Of a stretch of 64,000 nucleotides of DNA, positions 48,782 to 60,942 are shown one piece after another (position 1 is the stretch's first letter; every line of letters starts with the position of its first letter). The position numbers were made by a program, and so were the translations under genes. Location of the stretch: NCBI GenBank assembly GCA_963575745.1, contig CAUYUJ010000208.1, positions 1 through 64,000 on the forward strand, given 5' to 3'. Under the pieces are notes generated by a model. The model ran no database searches. It was not told the origin of the DNA and worked only from the letters and a program-made list of their open reading frames with translations. This DNA is from Prorocentrum cordatum. Lineage: Eukaryota.

Positions 48782-51155
48782 TTAGCCGAAGAGGCGGGCC
48801 ACAGAGAGAGCGCCCCAGGCATCCGCGTGCCAGAATTCTTCGTCGAGCCACGGGCGCGTGCGCACCGCGCCGATGCGTAGCAGGAGTTCGTCGTCCCCCC
48901 TGCGACACGCTGCGCCCGCGGCCAGCCCGCAGCACCGCGCGGCGCGCACGGGCGCGCCGAGAAGGCAAATCGGCCAGATTCTCAGCCGTGGGCACGCGGA
49001 AAACCGCGAGGTCAACGTCGAGCTCCACCGCGCGCCTCCACATGGAGTGGACGATGCACGAGTGGTCGAAGGATTTCGCGGCGCCCTTCCGCAGGCAAGA
49101 CTCCGCGCCGGTATTGTCGCTGTAAATATGCAAGTCGCAACCTTGCACTTCCCCTGAGCGCAGCGAAGACGAGGGGCCGGACCTGCCCGCCGGCGCGGGC
49201 AGTCGCACGCGAAAGCAATGCCTGCAAAGGTGCACATGCCCAGCGCGATAGACAGGAGCTCCAGCCCCTGAATCTGGTTGTCCCGGCGACGCTGGAACGA
49301 CGCCATCAAGGAATCCGGGACGACCATGGAAGTGAAACGGATGCCCGTGGCGGTGACGAGCACCGCGGCCACGCACGGTGGTTGGCCCGACGCGTCCGCG
49401 AAGAGAGTTGCGCGAGGCCGCGCCTTGTCGGCCCACGGCCGCGCTTGGCACAAGTCCATGGCCAAGACCTCGCGCCACCACTGCAGGGCAAGCATCAACG
49501 GCTCATGGGCCTTCGATGCCCCGCGATGCGATTGCGCGTACAACGGCCTGCGAGCACGAAGCGCGGCGCCCCGCCCCCCCGGGCGCCCGGGGGCAGCGCC
49601 GCGCCTGAGGAGGGCGCGCCCCAGGCGGCGGAAGAGATGCGGCGCTGCCCAGGCCAAGCCCCCGGCCAGCTTGGACGACGCGCCTGAACAGCGAACGCAA
49701 GGTCCCGACACATTAGGGGGGACGCGCGAGCCGCCTGGCGCGAGGGCGCGCGTCGCGAGCGCCTCGCCGATGACACGCTGCCACTTGGCGGTCTTCGCGG
49801 GTGCGGGACGCGCGCAGAACGCGCGTGGCAGCACCTGGCGATGCGCGCAGCCGGCCGGCCGGCGCGTCGCGCCAAGGCCGCCCCGCCTTGATTTCGAGGC
49901 CGAGGATGACCAGCGGGGACCCCCAGGCGACCTTGTCCGGCGCCACCGCGCCTGGGCCGAGCATCAGCTGAATTAGCTCCGCCAGCTGCGCTGCTGCGTG
50001 CTCCACCACTTCGGGGTGATCCGGCCCAAAATAATCATCCACGTATCGCAGCGCGGCGATCCGCAAGAGCACGCGCGCCGCCTCCGCGATGAAGGCGCCC
50101 ACTCGCGCCCAGCTGTGCACCGACGACGTGGCCCCGAAGGGCGCTGCCGCGTGCTGCGCCGCCCAGACCTGCCCGGCGGCGCTGAACACGATCCAAGCGA
50201 ACCGGCGGTGCTCAGCGCGAATGGGCACGCGACGAAAGGCAGCGTCGATGTCTGCCTTCCAGAGGGCGGGTGCCCGCCCCGCAACTTCCTGGAAGATGCG
50301 AGCTGCTTCGAAAAGCGCGTCCACGGCATCGTGGTGGAGCCGCTCCTGAGGCCGCGTCGCCTCGTTAATCCTAGCCTTGGTCATGTCGTCGACCAACCGG
50401 AGTTTCGAGGACCCGTCTTCACGGAGCTGCTCAACCGCAAACCTCGGAGCGATGACGGCCCCGTCCAGGCACACGTCGCGGAGCGGCACCGGGCAACTGA
50501 TGCGCCCCAGCTCGGCCTCGTCCCGTGTCTTGCGGAGGATGGCGTCGCCGTGCGCGCCGTCGCGGAGGCCACAGGAAATGTCGCGATTTGTCGACTCGGC
50601 GTTGCCGAGCAGCTCCGCGATGCCCAGACGGGGAGGGAACACCTCTGTGCTGCCGTGGCCCGACCGCGGGAGCTCGCCGACGAGGGGCGCCCCCGTCCTG
50701 AAGAATTCCACGCAGCCTGGGTCGCAGAAGGCAATGCGCTCCGCGATCTCTGCGCAGAGAGGCCCGTTCACGTGCTGTGCGACGCGCCGCATGGCGGGGT
50801 CCACCCCCCGGAACCATTCTTCCACGGCGCCACTGGCCCGGAGAGCCCGATCCCTTTCGCGAAGCGCCGCGAGTTCGCCCTCGCGGAAAGCCACCACGTC
50901 GGCGGGGGCGGTCTGCGCGGCCCACCGCGCTGCCTCAGCGGCCGCGGGCGGCAAAGCCGAGGCCGCGGCGGGCCGCCACTTGCCCCAGAGCGCGGGGTCG
51001 CCGTCCAGCGCCCTTGCCAGAAAGGTAAGTTTCTCCGCGTCGCCGCCGCTACAGCCGCCGGCCGCGACGCAGATGTCGCGCCACGCGCTGTCGCTGCAAC
51101 GCCGAGACCAATCGCTCCTGAATTGCGGCCCTGGTGGCGCTGGCGGCGCCGGCAT
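48782..51155 (-). CDS. Element 2 reverse transcriptase-RNase H, 6 exons
   Basis: LRLVDD, KADIDAAFRRVP, PFGATSS, YVDD, FADAS, IQGLE, SDN and RVPTAENLADLPSR. Predicted GC-AG introns 49835-49886, 49684-49734, 49548-49604, 49154-49221 and 48900-48957. Confidence 0.92.
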
Positions 51156-51736
51156 CACCTGACGCGCGCCGCTGGCTCGCGCGCGACCGAGAGCCGGGAA
51201 AGCGCGCCTTGCGAGATTTGGCGACGACGCATGCAGCCCCAGGCGCCGCCCGCTTTCGCGCGCCAGATGCGGGCGGCGGGGGCGGCACCGGCACGGCAGG
51301 CATTGCACAAGATTGCAAACCGCGGACGTGGACAAGGCGCCAAAGCGTAGCGAAAAGCGCCCTCGGAACGCACGCTGCCCCGCGGAACTCCCCCGCACGC
51401 CCCGCCCAGGCTGGCCGCGGCCAAGCCGGGCACTCGCAGCGCGGCGCGGAAAGCGAAGCGGCCTCCGCGGCAACAGCGCACGCGGCATGTCCCAGCACGC
51501 GAGCGGGGGTCCTGCGCACGGCGCACGGGGCCATTTTTAGCGACAAAGCGTAGAACTGTCGGGCGCGCCCTGGTCACGGCCCCGACCCGGCGCGGGCGGA
51601 GGCAGGCTTTTGCGCGCGAGCCGTTCTGACGGCTGAAGGGGCACCACCCCTACGGGGGCTCGCGCGCGCCCTGCCAGGGCGGCGCTCAGCGCTGCGCCGG
51701 GCGCGGCGGCGTCCGTACCTTCCTCGTGTCCTTTTT

Positions 51737-53237
51737 CTACCAATCGCTGCCCCACGAGCGCTCGCGCTTCTGGCCCTTCGGCCAATCGCTGCCCCAGGAG
51801 CCGCTGCTCCAGCTCTGCGCGGCGCGCCACGTCTGGCTGGCGCCGCCCGCCCCGCGCGCCTTCTCGGGAGCGCGGGCCGCCGGTGCCTGCACGCGCGGAA
51901 ACGGCGGAGAAAGGTGGCAGAAGCGAATCCGCGCGGCGCGACGCTCGCCGTCGCGTGGGTGGCGCCGTCTTCTTTGTCGCAAGCATCCCGCGCCAGCTGT
52001 AGGGCGCGCGGGTCGACCCGCAGGATCGTCTTCCCCAGCTTGAAATCTGGGCCCCCCGAGCGTAGCTGCTCGGCCCATAGCTGCCACGCGCCGGCACAGA
52101 CGCAGGGCGCCGCGCAAGCACGAACGCAGGGGCGCGCCTTCCGCGCCTCCTCGTCGTACACGATACCGAGGTGCACGCGGCGCTTCGAGGCCGCCGCCTG
52201 CGCGGCAACGCGCGGCGAACAGAGAGCGACGAGAAATCGCGCGCGTGCAGCCTGAACCGCCACCTTCAAGCAGTTGTCGCGATGCGCCTGCACCTCAGCC
52301 CACGTGAGCTGGCCCGTGGCGACCAGCGCGACCATGCACCTGCCGCGCGCGGCGCGATAACAGGCAGGCGCGCGGGGGGGGCGCGCGACGGGCAGGTGGC
52401 GCCGGTTCCAAGCCAGTTGCCACTGGCAGAGGGTTAAGTAGGCCTTCTTCTCGGGCCCTTTCTTCACCGCCGCCACTTCCTGCGGGGCGAGCGCCCGCGC
52501 GCGGGCCAGGCAACGCGCGCGCGGCACGAGCCTTGGCGAGGTCACGAATGTCCTTGCTGGCGCCGGACGATCCGTCAGCCTCCTCTTCGAAATCGCGAGG
52601 GCCCGAGCGGGCCCACTCGGGCACCCACTTGCGGATGTCCGAGTACAGGAAGACGCGCGCTTCCTCGCTGGATTCCTTCTTCTGCCGCTTCAAGACTTCC
52701 GCGTTCAACGCGTCAAGCATGTCGGAGCTACCGGCGCACGGGACCAGATGCGAGAACCAGCGCGCGCGCGCGCGAGCGCGCCTGGGCCAGAACTCTTGGA
52801 GGTTGGCCAGCGACGCCTCGCCGAGGAGAGGGCCCAAGAGCACGCGGGCCGGCTTTTCCTGCGAACGCGCCGCGCGGGGCCACGCGAGCCCGAGATCGCG
52901 TCGAGATCGCTTGCGCCTCGCTGGTGCCCGTCTTGAGCGCGGCCAAGAGGGCGGCCGCGTTCTCCGCCGCCGAGGGCGCTGGAGGGGCGGCCGCCGCCGA
53001 GCCCCCAGCCACCGGCGCCGGCGTGCTCGCCGCGGCGATCCCCGCGCGCACGAGGCGCTTCTGCGCGGCGCCGAGTTCCTTGTCGGCAAAAGAGAAATCC
53101 TCGAATGCCGCGCCTTCTAAATCGGCGATCGTCGCCACACCTTGGCCCTTGAGCGCGGTCACCGCGGCTTCGAGCCAACTGGCCTCGTGCGCCGACGCGC
53201 CGTCCAAGGCGCCAAGAAAACTGCCGAGGTCGCCCAT
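51737..53237 (-). CDS. Element 2 ORF1 (gag-like), about 8 exons
   Basis: Spliced MGDLGSFLG...FWPSSDMLDALNAEV...WQLAWNRCMVALVATGQL...HLGIVYDEEARKLWAE...SWGSDW* aligns with element 1 ORF1. Introns include 52728-52781 and 52340-52402. Confidence 0.8.
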
Positions 53238-53449
53238 CGCGAAGAGCGGTGCCGCGCGGCGCGAGACAGCTTGGGCGCCCGAACTCGGCGAGCTGCCGGG
53301 GCGAGCGCGCACAGGACGGAGACTGCGCGGGACCCCAAGAGGTGGCGACCAGGCCTGCGCCCCTCACGAGAGGGGGAAGACCAGGGGCCTGCGCCCAACC
53401 CAAGAGAAGGCTCGGGAGCACCCAAGAAGAAGCCAGAGCCCAGCCAGAC

Positions 53450-54120
53450 GGGGTCTTGGGGCCTGCGCCCTACCCGACACAGGGATCAACGGGATGCGCC
53501 CTCCCCCTTTGCACAAATTGGTTCTGGGGCCTGCGCCCGACCCAAGACAGGGATCTACGGGATGCGCTCTCCCCCTTTCGCACGATTGGGTCCTGGGGCC
53601 TGCGCCCCACCCAAGACACGGTACCGGGGGCCAGCGCCCTCCCCCACGCAAGACGAGGAGCCAGAAGCCAGCGCCCTGCCCGAGACAAGGCCCGCGGGCC
53701 GACCCACGAGGAGAGCGGCGCCCAGCAAGACGGGGTCCAGGGGCTTGCGCCCTACCCAAGACAGGGATCAACGGGATGCGCCCTCCCCCTTTCGCACAGT
53801 TGGGTCCTGGGGCCTGCGCCCTACCCGACACGCAGGGATCAGCGGGATGCGCCCTCCCCCTTTCGCACCGCTGGGTCCTGGGGCCTGCGCCCTACCCAAG
53901 ACAGGGATCTACGGGATGCGCCCCCCCCCCCCTTCGCACCGTCGGGTCCTGGGGCCAGCGCCCTACCCGAGACAGGGATCAACGGGATGCGCCCTCCCCC
54001 TCACGCACGATCGGGTCCTGGGGCCAGCGCCCGACCCAAAACGCAGGGATCCTGAAGCCAGCGCCCTCCCCCGCACGAAACTTGGCCCTGGGGCCTGCGC
54101 CTTGCCCGAGACCAGGGGCG
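53450..54120. repeat. ~69-bp tandem repeat in the element 2 leader (about 8 degenerate units)
   Basis: Units of ggtcctggggcctgcgccctacccaagacagggatc.acgggatgcgccctccccc at ~53452, 53521, 53590 and onward. Confidence 0.85.
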
Positions 54121-54889
54121 CCCTTGCCGCGAGCCTGGCACACAGCCTGGCCGAAAGGCCAAGGCGACGCGAGCGAGGTGCCCACAGGGCCCGCGCCAGC
54201 GAGTGCCTGCGCCCAAGAGAGACGAGCCACCGGCAAAACGACGAGGGAGCAGGCAGGCAAGCAGGCAACCGCCAGGCACGAAGGCAGAAGCAGCAAGGCA
54301 GGCGCCAAGCGGCAGGCGGCGGAAGGGAAAGCAAAGGGGGCACGCAGGGGCGACGGCGACGGGAAAAGCGAGGCAACGCGACGCCGAGCGAGCGAGCAAG
54401 CACGCCGACAAGCACAAGCCAGGACGACCCCACGCGAGGCAACAGCGACAGCCGAACGCGAGGGCGACAAGGCGACGACAAAGGCGGACGCGAAAAAGGA
54501 CGCGGCGACGAGCAAACACAAGGGCGCGCAGGCGAGCGAAGAGCAGGGGCAGCCACGGCGCACGAGCAGGGCACGAGGGGCAACGAGCACAAGCGAGCAG
54601 CGGGGGAGCGAACAGGCCACGAGGGACGAGCACGGAGGGCAGGCAAGCAGGAGAGAGCGAGAGAGAGACGAGGCGACCCGCGAGGAGAGGAGGAGAGGAG
54701 GAGCCCGCGAACGACGGCGGCGGCGCGCGCGCGCGCGGCGCGCCCCACGCTCAAATCCCGAGCGCGGGGCGCGGCCCAATTCCTGCCTGCGGCCAATCTG
54801 CGGGGCAGAGGGGGAGAGGGACCTGCGCGAGAGGGAGGGCGGCCCGCCGATGGAGCGGCGGCGGCGCGAGCGCGCGCGCGGCGCGCGCG

Positions 54890-54902
54890 CACACACACAC
54901 AA

Positions 54903-54935
<33 letters not shown>

Positions 54936-55107
54936 CCCATACACACACCCACACCCACACCCACACCCACACCCACACCCACACCCACACCCACACCCAC
55001 ACCCACACCACCCACACACACCCACACACACACACGCACACACACACGCACACGCACACGCACACGCACACGCACACGCACACGCACACGCACACGCACA
55101 CACACAC
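54890..55107. repeat. CA-based compound microsatellite
   Basis: Directly visible; abuts the gap. Confidence 0.95.
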
Positions 55108-55207
55108 NNNNNNNNNNNNNNNNNNNNNNNNNNNNNNNNNNNNNNNNNNNNNNNNNNNNNNNNNNNNNNNNNNNNNNNNNNNNNNNNNNNNNNNNNNNNN
55201 NNNNNNN
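55108..55207. other. Assembly gap (100 N)
   Basis: Run of n. Confidence 1.
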
Positions 55208-55337
55208 TATCATAGCTTAGCATAGCTTAGCATATATCAGCATACCAGAACATAGCATAGCGCAGCATAGCATAGCATACCACATCATAGCATAGCATCG
55301 CCTAGCGCAGCACCGCATAGCATAGCATATCATAGCA
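55208..55337. repeat. (AGCAT)n degenerate pentamer satellite
   Basis: catagcatag runs. Confidence 0.9.
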
Positions 55338-55500
55338 ACGAATGTTGCTTTCCTAGGGACTCCAATTTCTAGGTCGGGTCGCACTGGTGTAGTTGTAATA
55401 TATACACCCTTCCCAGTGTGGCCTGCGTGGTGCTGGGCGCCCGCCTTGTCGAGCTTGTTCTCTGGTCTTTCAGTCTCGCGCTCCCGGGCGGTCGACGCAG

Positions 55501-57629
55501 TTGGCAATGGCCGCCACCGCCTCGCCAAGGTTAAGCCGTCCTCGTGCGTTTGACGTGAAGTCAGGGGAGCGCGTCGTTGTACCTCAGGTGGACGTGTTCA
55601 GCGCCGGCTTCACCTGCACCACGCAGTCGAATTTGAACAGCAAAACGCGCGGGCAGAGACTCTCCCCGGTGCAAACGGGGGAGGGGGATACGGGACTTGC
55701 GCGGCGCATGCCGGCCGATTACATTCAGAAGGCGCGTCCTCCGATTGTCATTCTCGAGAACCTCACAGCGCTCATGAACGAGGCGGAGCCTGGTGTTTGC
55801 GCAGACTCGGTGGCGATATGCGAGTTCCTGCGGTCCTGTGGGTACTCCGCCCGCGCCGCGACCTCGGGGGTGGTGCGCGCGCGCGATGTGGGATCGTCGT
55901 TCCCGCCGTCAGGATCGCAGTGGCCCGCGCTGAAGAGCAGGGGGGGGGGGGAGTGCGCTGGGCGCGATGAAGAGCTGCAGCTTCAGGGGGAGGCGGAGGA
56001 CGAGAAGGAGGAGCAGCATGGGCGGACAAGGAAGGAGGGCGAGTCAGAAGGAAGGGGACATGCGACCCATGAGCTGATCTTGATTTCGGGGGGGGGGGGG
56101 GGGGGGGCAGATCTCGAGGGCGTCGCGACCCCTTGCCTATCAGGTCGCCCCTGTGCAATGTATCCGCCCTTGCCTGCGCCATTTCTGCCCCTACCTGGCT
56201 GCCCGCCCACCGCTCCGGCGTCTCATCGTCTCTCCCCTTCGTCTTGCGATTTGCCTTGCCGTTTCCAAACCCTCCATCGCTCCCCCCCCCCCATCCGCGT
56301 GTCGAGCGCTGAGGCCATGCGCGTCAGAGCGCAGGAGTATGGCTCCGCGTTGGCCCGCATCCGCATGGCCGTGGTTGCGTTGCTCGACGATCCTGTGTGA
56401 GTTGGCATGTCTGTGGTTGCATCTGCATTGCCTGCGCTGAAGGTCGCCCAGTTGCCAATCGAGGCGTTCTTAGCGTGGGAGGACGCGCCTTTATTCGACG
56501 GTGTCGAGCCCCCGAAACTCAAGAGGCTCAAGGGCACCAGCGAGGTGCACATGGAGTACTACAACGACGCCGGGCTCCAGTACCCGCCCGAGATTCAGCG
56601 CTACGACGACGAGCTCCAGGTTATCCTGAGCCCGCTGACCAACGCGCAGATCGAGGTGCCCCTGGCGGCGCCTTAAATTGCACATCCCGTTGCGGGTGAT
56701 GAGGGGGGCGATGGGTCAGGAGGAGGCGAATGAGGAGCAGGGGTAGAACGCGTCGGAGGATGAAAGGGGAGGAGAATGCTGAAGGGGAGTCGTATGAGGA
56801 GCACGAGAGGGGACGGCGAGGATGAGGTGGACAGGGAGGAGCAACCTCTTCGGGTGGGTGTTTTGGAGACAGCTGGGCTGATGTCAGCAGGGGTTAAACA
56901 TAGCATATTACACGCGCGCCCATGTATATCGATCACAGGTGGTGATCTACGGCGAGGAGTGCGACCCATGGCCCGCTCAGGCGGGACAGGCGCAGTGGGC
57001 GGACATCAACCTGAGTTTGCGCTTCAGCTTGGGGCCCGACGGAGGGGGGTCTGTGTTCAAAGACAGCATGCCCACGCTTACGACGAAGAGCGTGCTCATG
57101 ATGAGGATCATGAAATCGGACGGGTCGCGCCACTGGAGGCGCTGTTCCTCTTCTTTGTGATTGTAGCAACCATTTCGTTCATAGTCTGATGCTGATCGTC
57201 CTCGTCCTGATTGTAGCACCCCTTTCGTCGGGATCGTCTTAGTTCAAGTGTCAGGCCCCTCGTCCTGGCTGTAGCCCCCCTGTCGTTCATGCTGTGATGT
57301 GCCGTTGCCAAGTCATCTGATCTCCGTTCAGTGAGACACCTGCCTTTTCATTTCACTTCCGCCCCTACCCCCTCTTGCGGCGCGTCCTGCCCCTGCCATC
57401 CCGCCCCCCATCTCTCGTGCATTGCGTCGTCCTGCGAAGTGTCGTCCAGTGTCGCCCGTGCAGCCTGAGGCTCATCACGGGCGAGCTGCTCCTGAGGCTG
57501 ATCGGCTTCTTTGGCGCTGGCTCCACGGACGATGCCACCGCGAGGCCTCTTGTCGGCAACGCGTGCAGTGGCTTCCCGTTCGCGGCTGTGGCCCTTGCCG
57601 CGTTCGCGGGATTCGGGCGGCGTCGTTGA
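55501..57629 (+). pseudogene. DNMT5-like C5 cytosine methyltransferase, about 4 visible exons, with in-frame TGA at 56398-56400; motif I not seen
   Basis: Motif IV DVFSAGFTC..SNLN, motif VI ILENL, motif VIII ARIRM, MPTLT, motif IX LITGELLLRLIGF and motif X LVGNA. ORFs 55501..56400 and 56407..56676 share a frame across the TGA. Confidence 0.8.
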
Positions 57630-58734
57630 GGCGTTGTCGCGAATGGCCGCAGATGGCTGTCATCGGACGGGGGGGGCGGATGAGGATAGATTCACAGGCG
57701 GGAGGAGACCGAATGAGGATGAGGATGGAGGTACAGGATGGTGACTGTAGGGAGAGTTGCGGAGGATGGGGAAGGGGGGTGGGGTGACCGGGGGAGGGAG
57801 CGGGGTGCGGGTGGAGGTTGAGGACGAGGAGGGGGAGGTCATCACTGCGGCACAGGCACGTCTTGCTGCGATTTTCCCGCTGCGTCGCGCTGGGATGACC
57901 CAGGTCCTGGCCTCGTCGCGGGTGCGCATGGCTGGATTCCGCCAGCCGCTCCCCCCTCCAGTGAAGCGAGCGCAGCTTCGCTTCGAGCGCGGGTTGGCCT
58001 GGGGGGGGGGGGGTAGGGCTCTGGCGCGCGCCATAGTGTTTGGCAAGCGTCGGATACATCTGTTCGTGATCGGCATCGCCCGTCGTCGGCAGGTCCCATC
58101 TTAGTTTTGTCACGCGTCGTCGAGTCGCCCTGCCACCCATGGCGCGGTATTCGGTTAGCCAGTCCGAGAGCCCAAGCCCCCGCCGCCTCTCGTGCAGCTC
58201 GCCCAGCCCGCCCGACTGCAACTCCCCGCCTACCAACCCAATTGAACGAGCCAGGATCTCGACTCACACCCGACGTGAGGACCTAGTAGCACCCACCTCG
58301 AATGCACCCTCTAGCCCAAGCTTTCCCGGGGTCCGTGGTTTCATAGATGGCGGGCGACCTCGACCCCCGCCCCCGCCCCTGCATCCGTTTCCCAGGGGGG
58401 GTCGTCAATGCTGAGCACCGTTTGCAGCTCGACTGCTCGAGTGCCTGGAGATCGCCACCAGCCCCCCCCCCCCCCCCCCGAACGACCCGCTCCACTGCGG
58501 CCGCAATGAGCGACAATGGAGCTAACGTGCCCAACGTTGAGGAGCCGCCCGACCTTGTGCATGGCCGCGGTGACCCTTCGAGAGCCCGATTCGGACGCTG
58601 GGGCCCAGATAACATTGACAAGGAGATGACTTTGCAGACCTTCGAGCAAGGCACGATTGAGGTCACGCGTCCTTCTCCGTCGTCGTATCCTCGCGTCGTC
58701 GTCTTCGTCGTGTCCTCGCCCCCGTGACGAGGTC

Positions 58735-58925
58735 ATGCTGGACGGTCGGGTCTGCGGGTTGTGCGCGCGGAAGGACACCGAGTTGGACCACGTGTTTACC
58801 GACGAGTGCATGCAATGGGGGATCAAGCCGATGAGCTCCAGGAGCAGGGGTAACTTCTGCTCTTACTGTATTCGTACGCACGCAGGCACTGCGGGTAAAA
58901 CTAGAGATGGCATGACATTGGCTAA
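58735..58925 (+). CDS. Exon encoding a Cys4 zinc-finger-like motif
   Basis: VCGLCARKD...MQWG...RGNFCSYC, followed by low-complexity intron-like sequence. Confidence 0.55.
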
Positions 58926-59367
58926 CCTCCGCTTCCTCGACAACCCCCCTTCCCCCTCCTCCGCTTTGCCCTCCTCCTCTCCCCGTTCCGCTCAATTCTT
59001 CCGTTTTAATCTGCCTGTTGGTTCTCTTACCCCAAGCCCGATCGTGCACGTGCTCGTTCATGCACCGCAGCCGCGCCCCCGCGCCCAGCGGGGTGCCACT
59101 TCTGACCTGGCGACCCGCATTGGGCCGCAGTTCAGATTGGGCGGGGGCAGCACGGGGGAGGGGGGGGCCTCGACCCTCGATCCTTTCGGGTTGAGAGCCG
59201 CCCCCGTGCCCTTCCCCAGGGGCCGCCCCGTGGAGGCTGGACATGGCTCCCTGGGTTTCCGAGCGGATATGGCCGCCCCGTCGCGCGGTCACTCCGCGGC
59301 GCGCTCGAGCGCCACGGAGCCAGCGCGGCGGGGCGACCACGGCCGCCCAGAAGCCCCCCTCCCCCGG

Positions 59368-60483
59368 GAGCCTCTCGCCGAGGAGCTCCCGGAGGAAGGC
59401 GCAGCTGCGCCTCGTCGACGCGGCCTTCGCGCGCCGCGTCGCGGGGAGCGCGCTCGCCGAGCAACGAGCTATTCCTCGCGCGTCGCGTCGAGCTGGGTTC
59501 TTCGCGCGCGCACGCGTCGCATCGCACATGCATCGGCCTTCGCGCGCCGCGTCGCGGGCAGCGATCTCGCCCAGCAGCGAATTATTCCGCGCGCCTCGCG
59601 TCGAGCTGGTTTATGCATCGCCAAGGCGTCGGTAAGTTTTTGCGGGGGTGGGGGTGGGGGGGTGGGGCTACTCGTTGTGGCGCCGCGCGTGCGCGCATCG
59701 CATCGCTCTTGCATCGGCCTCCGCGCGCCGTGGCGCGCGGCCGCATCGCCGTTGCAGCCGCGTCCCAGGTGTCTTTGCGCGGCCGCGTCGTCGTCGTTCT
59801 GAAAATTATTCACTGCGTGAATGTCTAGGCGCAAGAGCTTTCGAACCCCATCTTAGGATATGGGGAATAACTTACGTGTGTGTCTGAGTGATGGGTGTGG
59901 TGTTATGTCTTGTTATGTGTCCTTCCGGCGCGGTCCGCCAATAACAAGAACCCCATCTTTGGATATGGGGAATAACAATTATTCACTGCGTGGAGCTCCC
60001 CATATGTGCATCTACTCGCATGGGCCTGTCCGCCGTGAATGTCCAGGCGCAAGAGCTTTCGAATATTAACGGGCTTCAGTTGTGACGGTCTGGACATCAA
60101 TCTAACTGCGAATGAATTGGAGTGTGAATGAGCCTCTCGCCGAGAAGCTCCCGGAGGAAGGCGCAGCTGCGCCTCGTCGACGCGGCCTTCGCGCGCCGCG
60201 TCGCGGGGAGCGCGCTCGCCGAGCAACGAATTATTCCTCGAGTATCGCGTCGAGCTGGGTTCTTCGCGCGCGCACGCGTCGCATCGCCCATGCATCGGCC
60301 TTCGCGCGCCGCGTCGCGGGCCGCGATCTCGCCCCGCAACGAATTATTCCGCGCGCCTCGCGTCGATCTGGTTTATGCATCGCCAAGGCGTCGGTAAGTT
60401 TCTGCGGGGGTGGTGGGGCTACTCGTTGTGGCGCCGCGCGTGCGCGCATCGCATCGCTCTTGCATCGGCCTCCGCGCGCCGTG
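59368..60483. repeat. ~360-bp direct repeats (59368-59732 and 60130-60483) with an internally repetitive AT-richer spacer
   Basis: gagcctctcgccgag...cctccgcgcgccgtg occurs twice. The spacer holds two copies each of ccccatctt.ggatatggggaataac and gtgaatgtc.aggcgcaagagctttcgaa. Confidence 0.85.
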
Positions 60484-60942
60484 CCGCGGTGCTAAGGCTC
60501 GGCCGAGCGCAGGCGACGCGGGGGGGGGACCACGCCCCCGCCCGCCCCCTGCGGTGCTCTCCCAGCCCCGCCCAGCGCGTGCGCGCTGGGCATGGCGGCC
60601 AGGGAAGCATCCGGCGGGTGGCGCGGGGGGGCGTCGCTTCCTCCCGCTTCGCGCGCGCCCGGGCGAACGCGAGAGGGCGACGCATGGGCGAGGGCGGAGG
60701 GCTCGACCAAGCGCCAGCGACGGCGAGTGAAGACAACGCCCCCCGCAACCCCCCTGGCGCTCTCCCAGCCCTGTCCCGCGCGATCCCGCGCGCGCTGGGC
60801 ATGGAGGCCAGGAAGGCGTCTGGGGAGGTGGCGCGAGGGCGTCGCCTCCCTTCGCCGCGCGAGCGCTTGGGCGAGCAGAAGAGGGGATCGATTACGATGA
60901 TGCACTTTTTGGGTTCCCCCAGGATACCGAGCCCATCCTGGC

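Larger units (their letters stand above)
46234..54890 (-). mobile_element. YR retrotransposon, element 2 (same family as element 1, strongly diverged); 5' A1 repeat not seen, probably lost at the microsatellite and gap
   Basis: B repeats at 46234-46380 and 46752-46898 (147 bp, 3 differences) flank a ~370-bp A-like segment. ORF1, RT-RNaseH and YR are in the same order as in element 1, with tandem repeats in the leader. Confidence 0.9.

Noticed and set aside
46234..57629. DNMT as cargo of element 2
   Set aside because: It is on the opposite strand, lies beyond a microsatellite and assembly gap, and has longer host-type introns. The complete element 1 has no methyltransferase.
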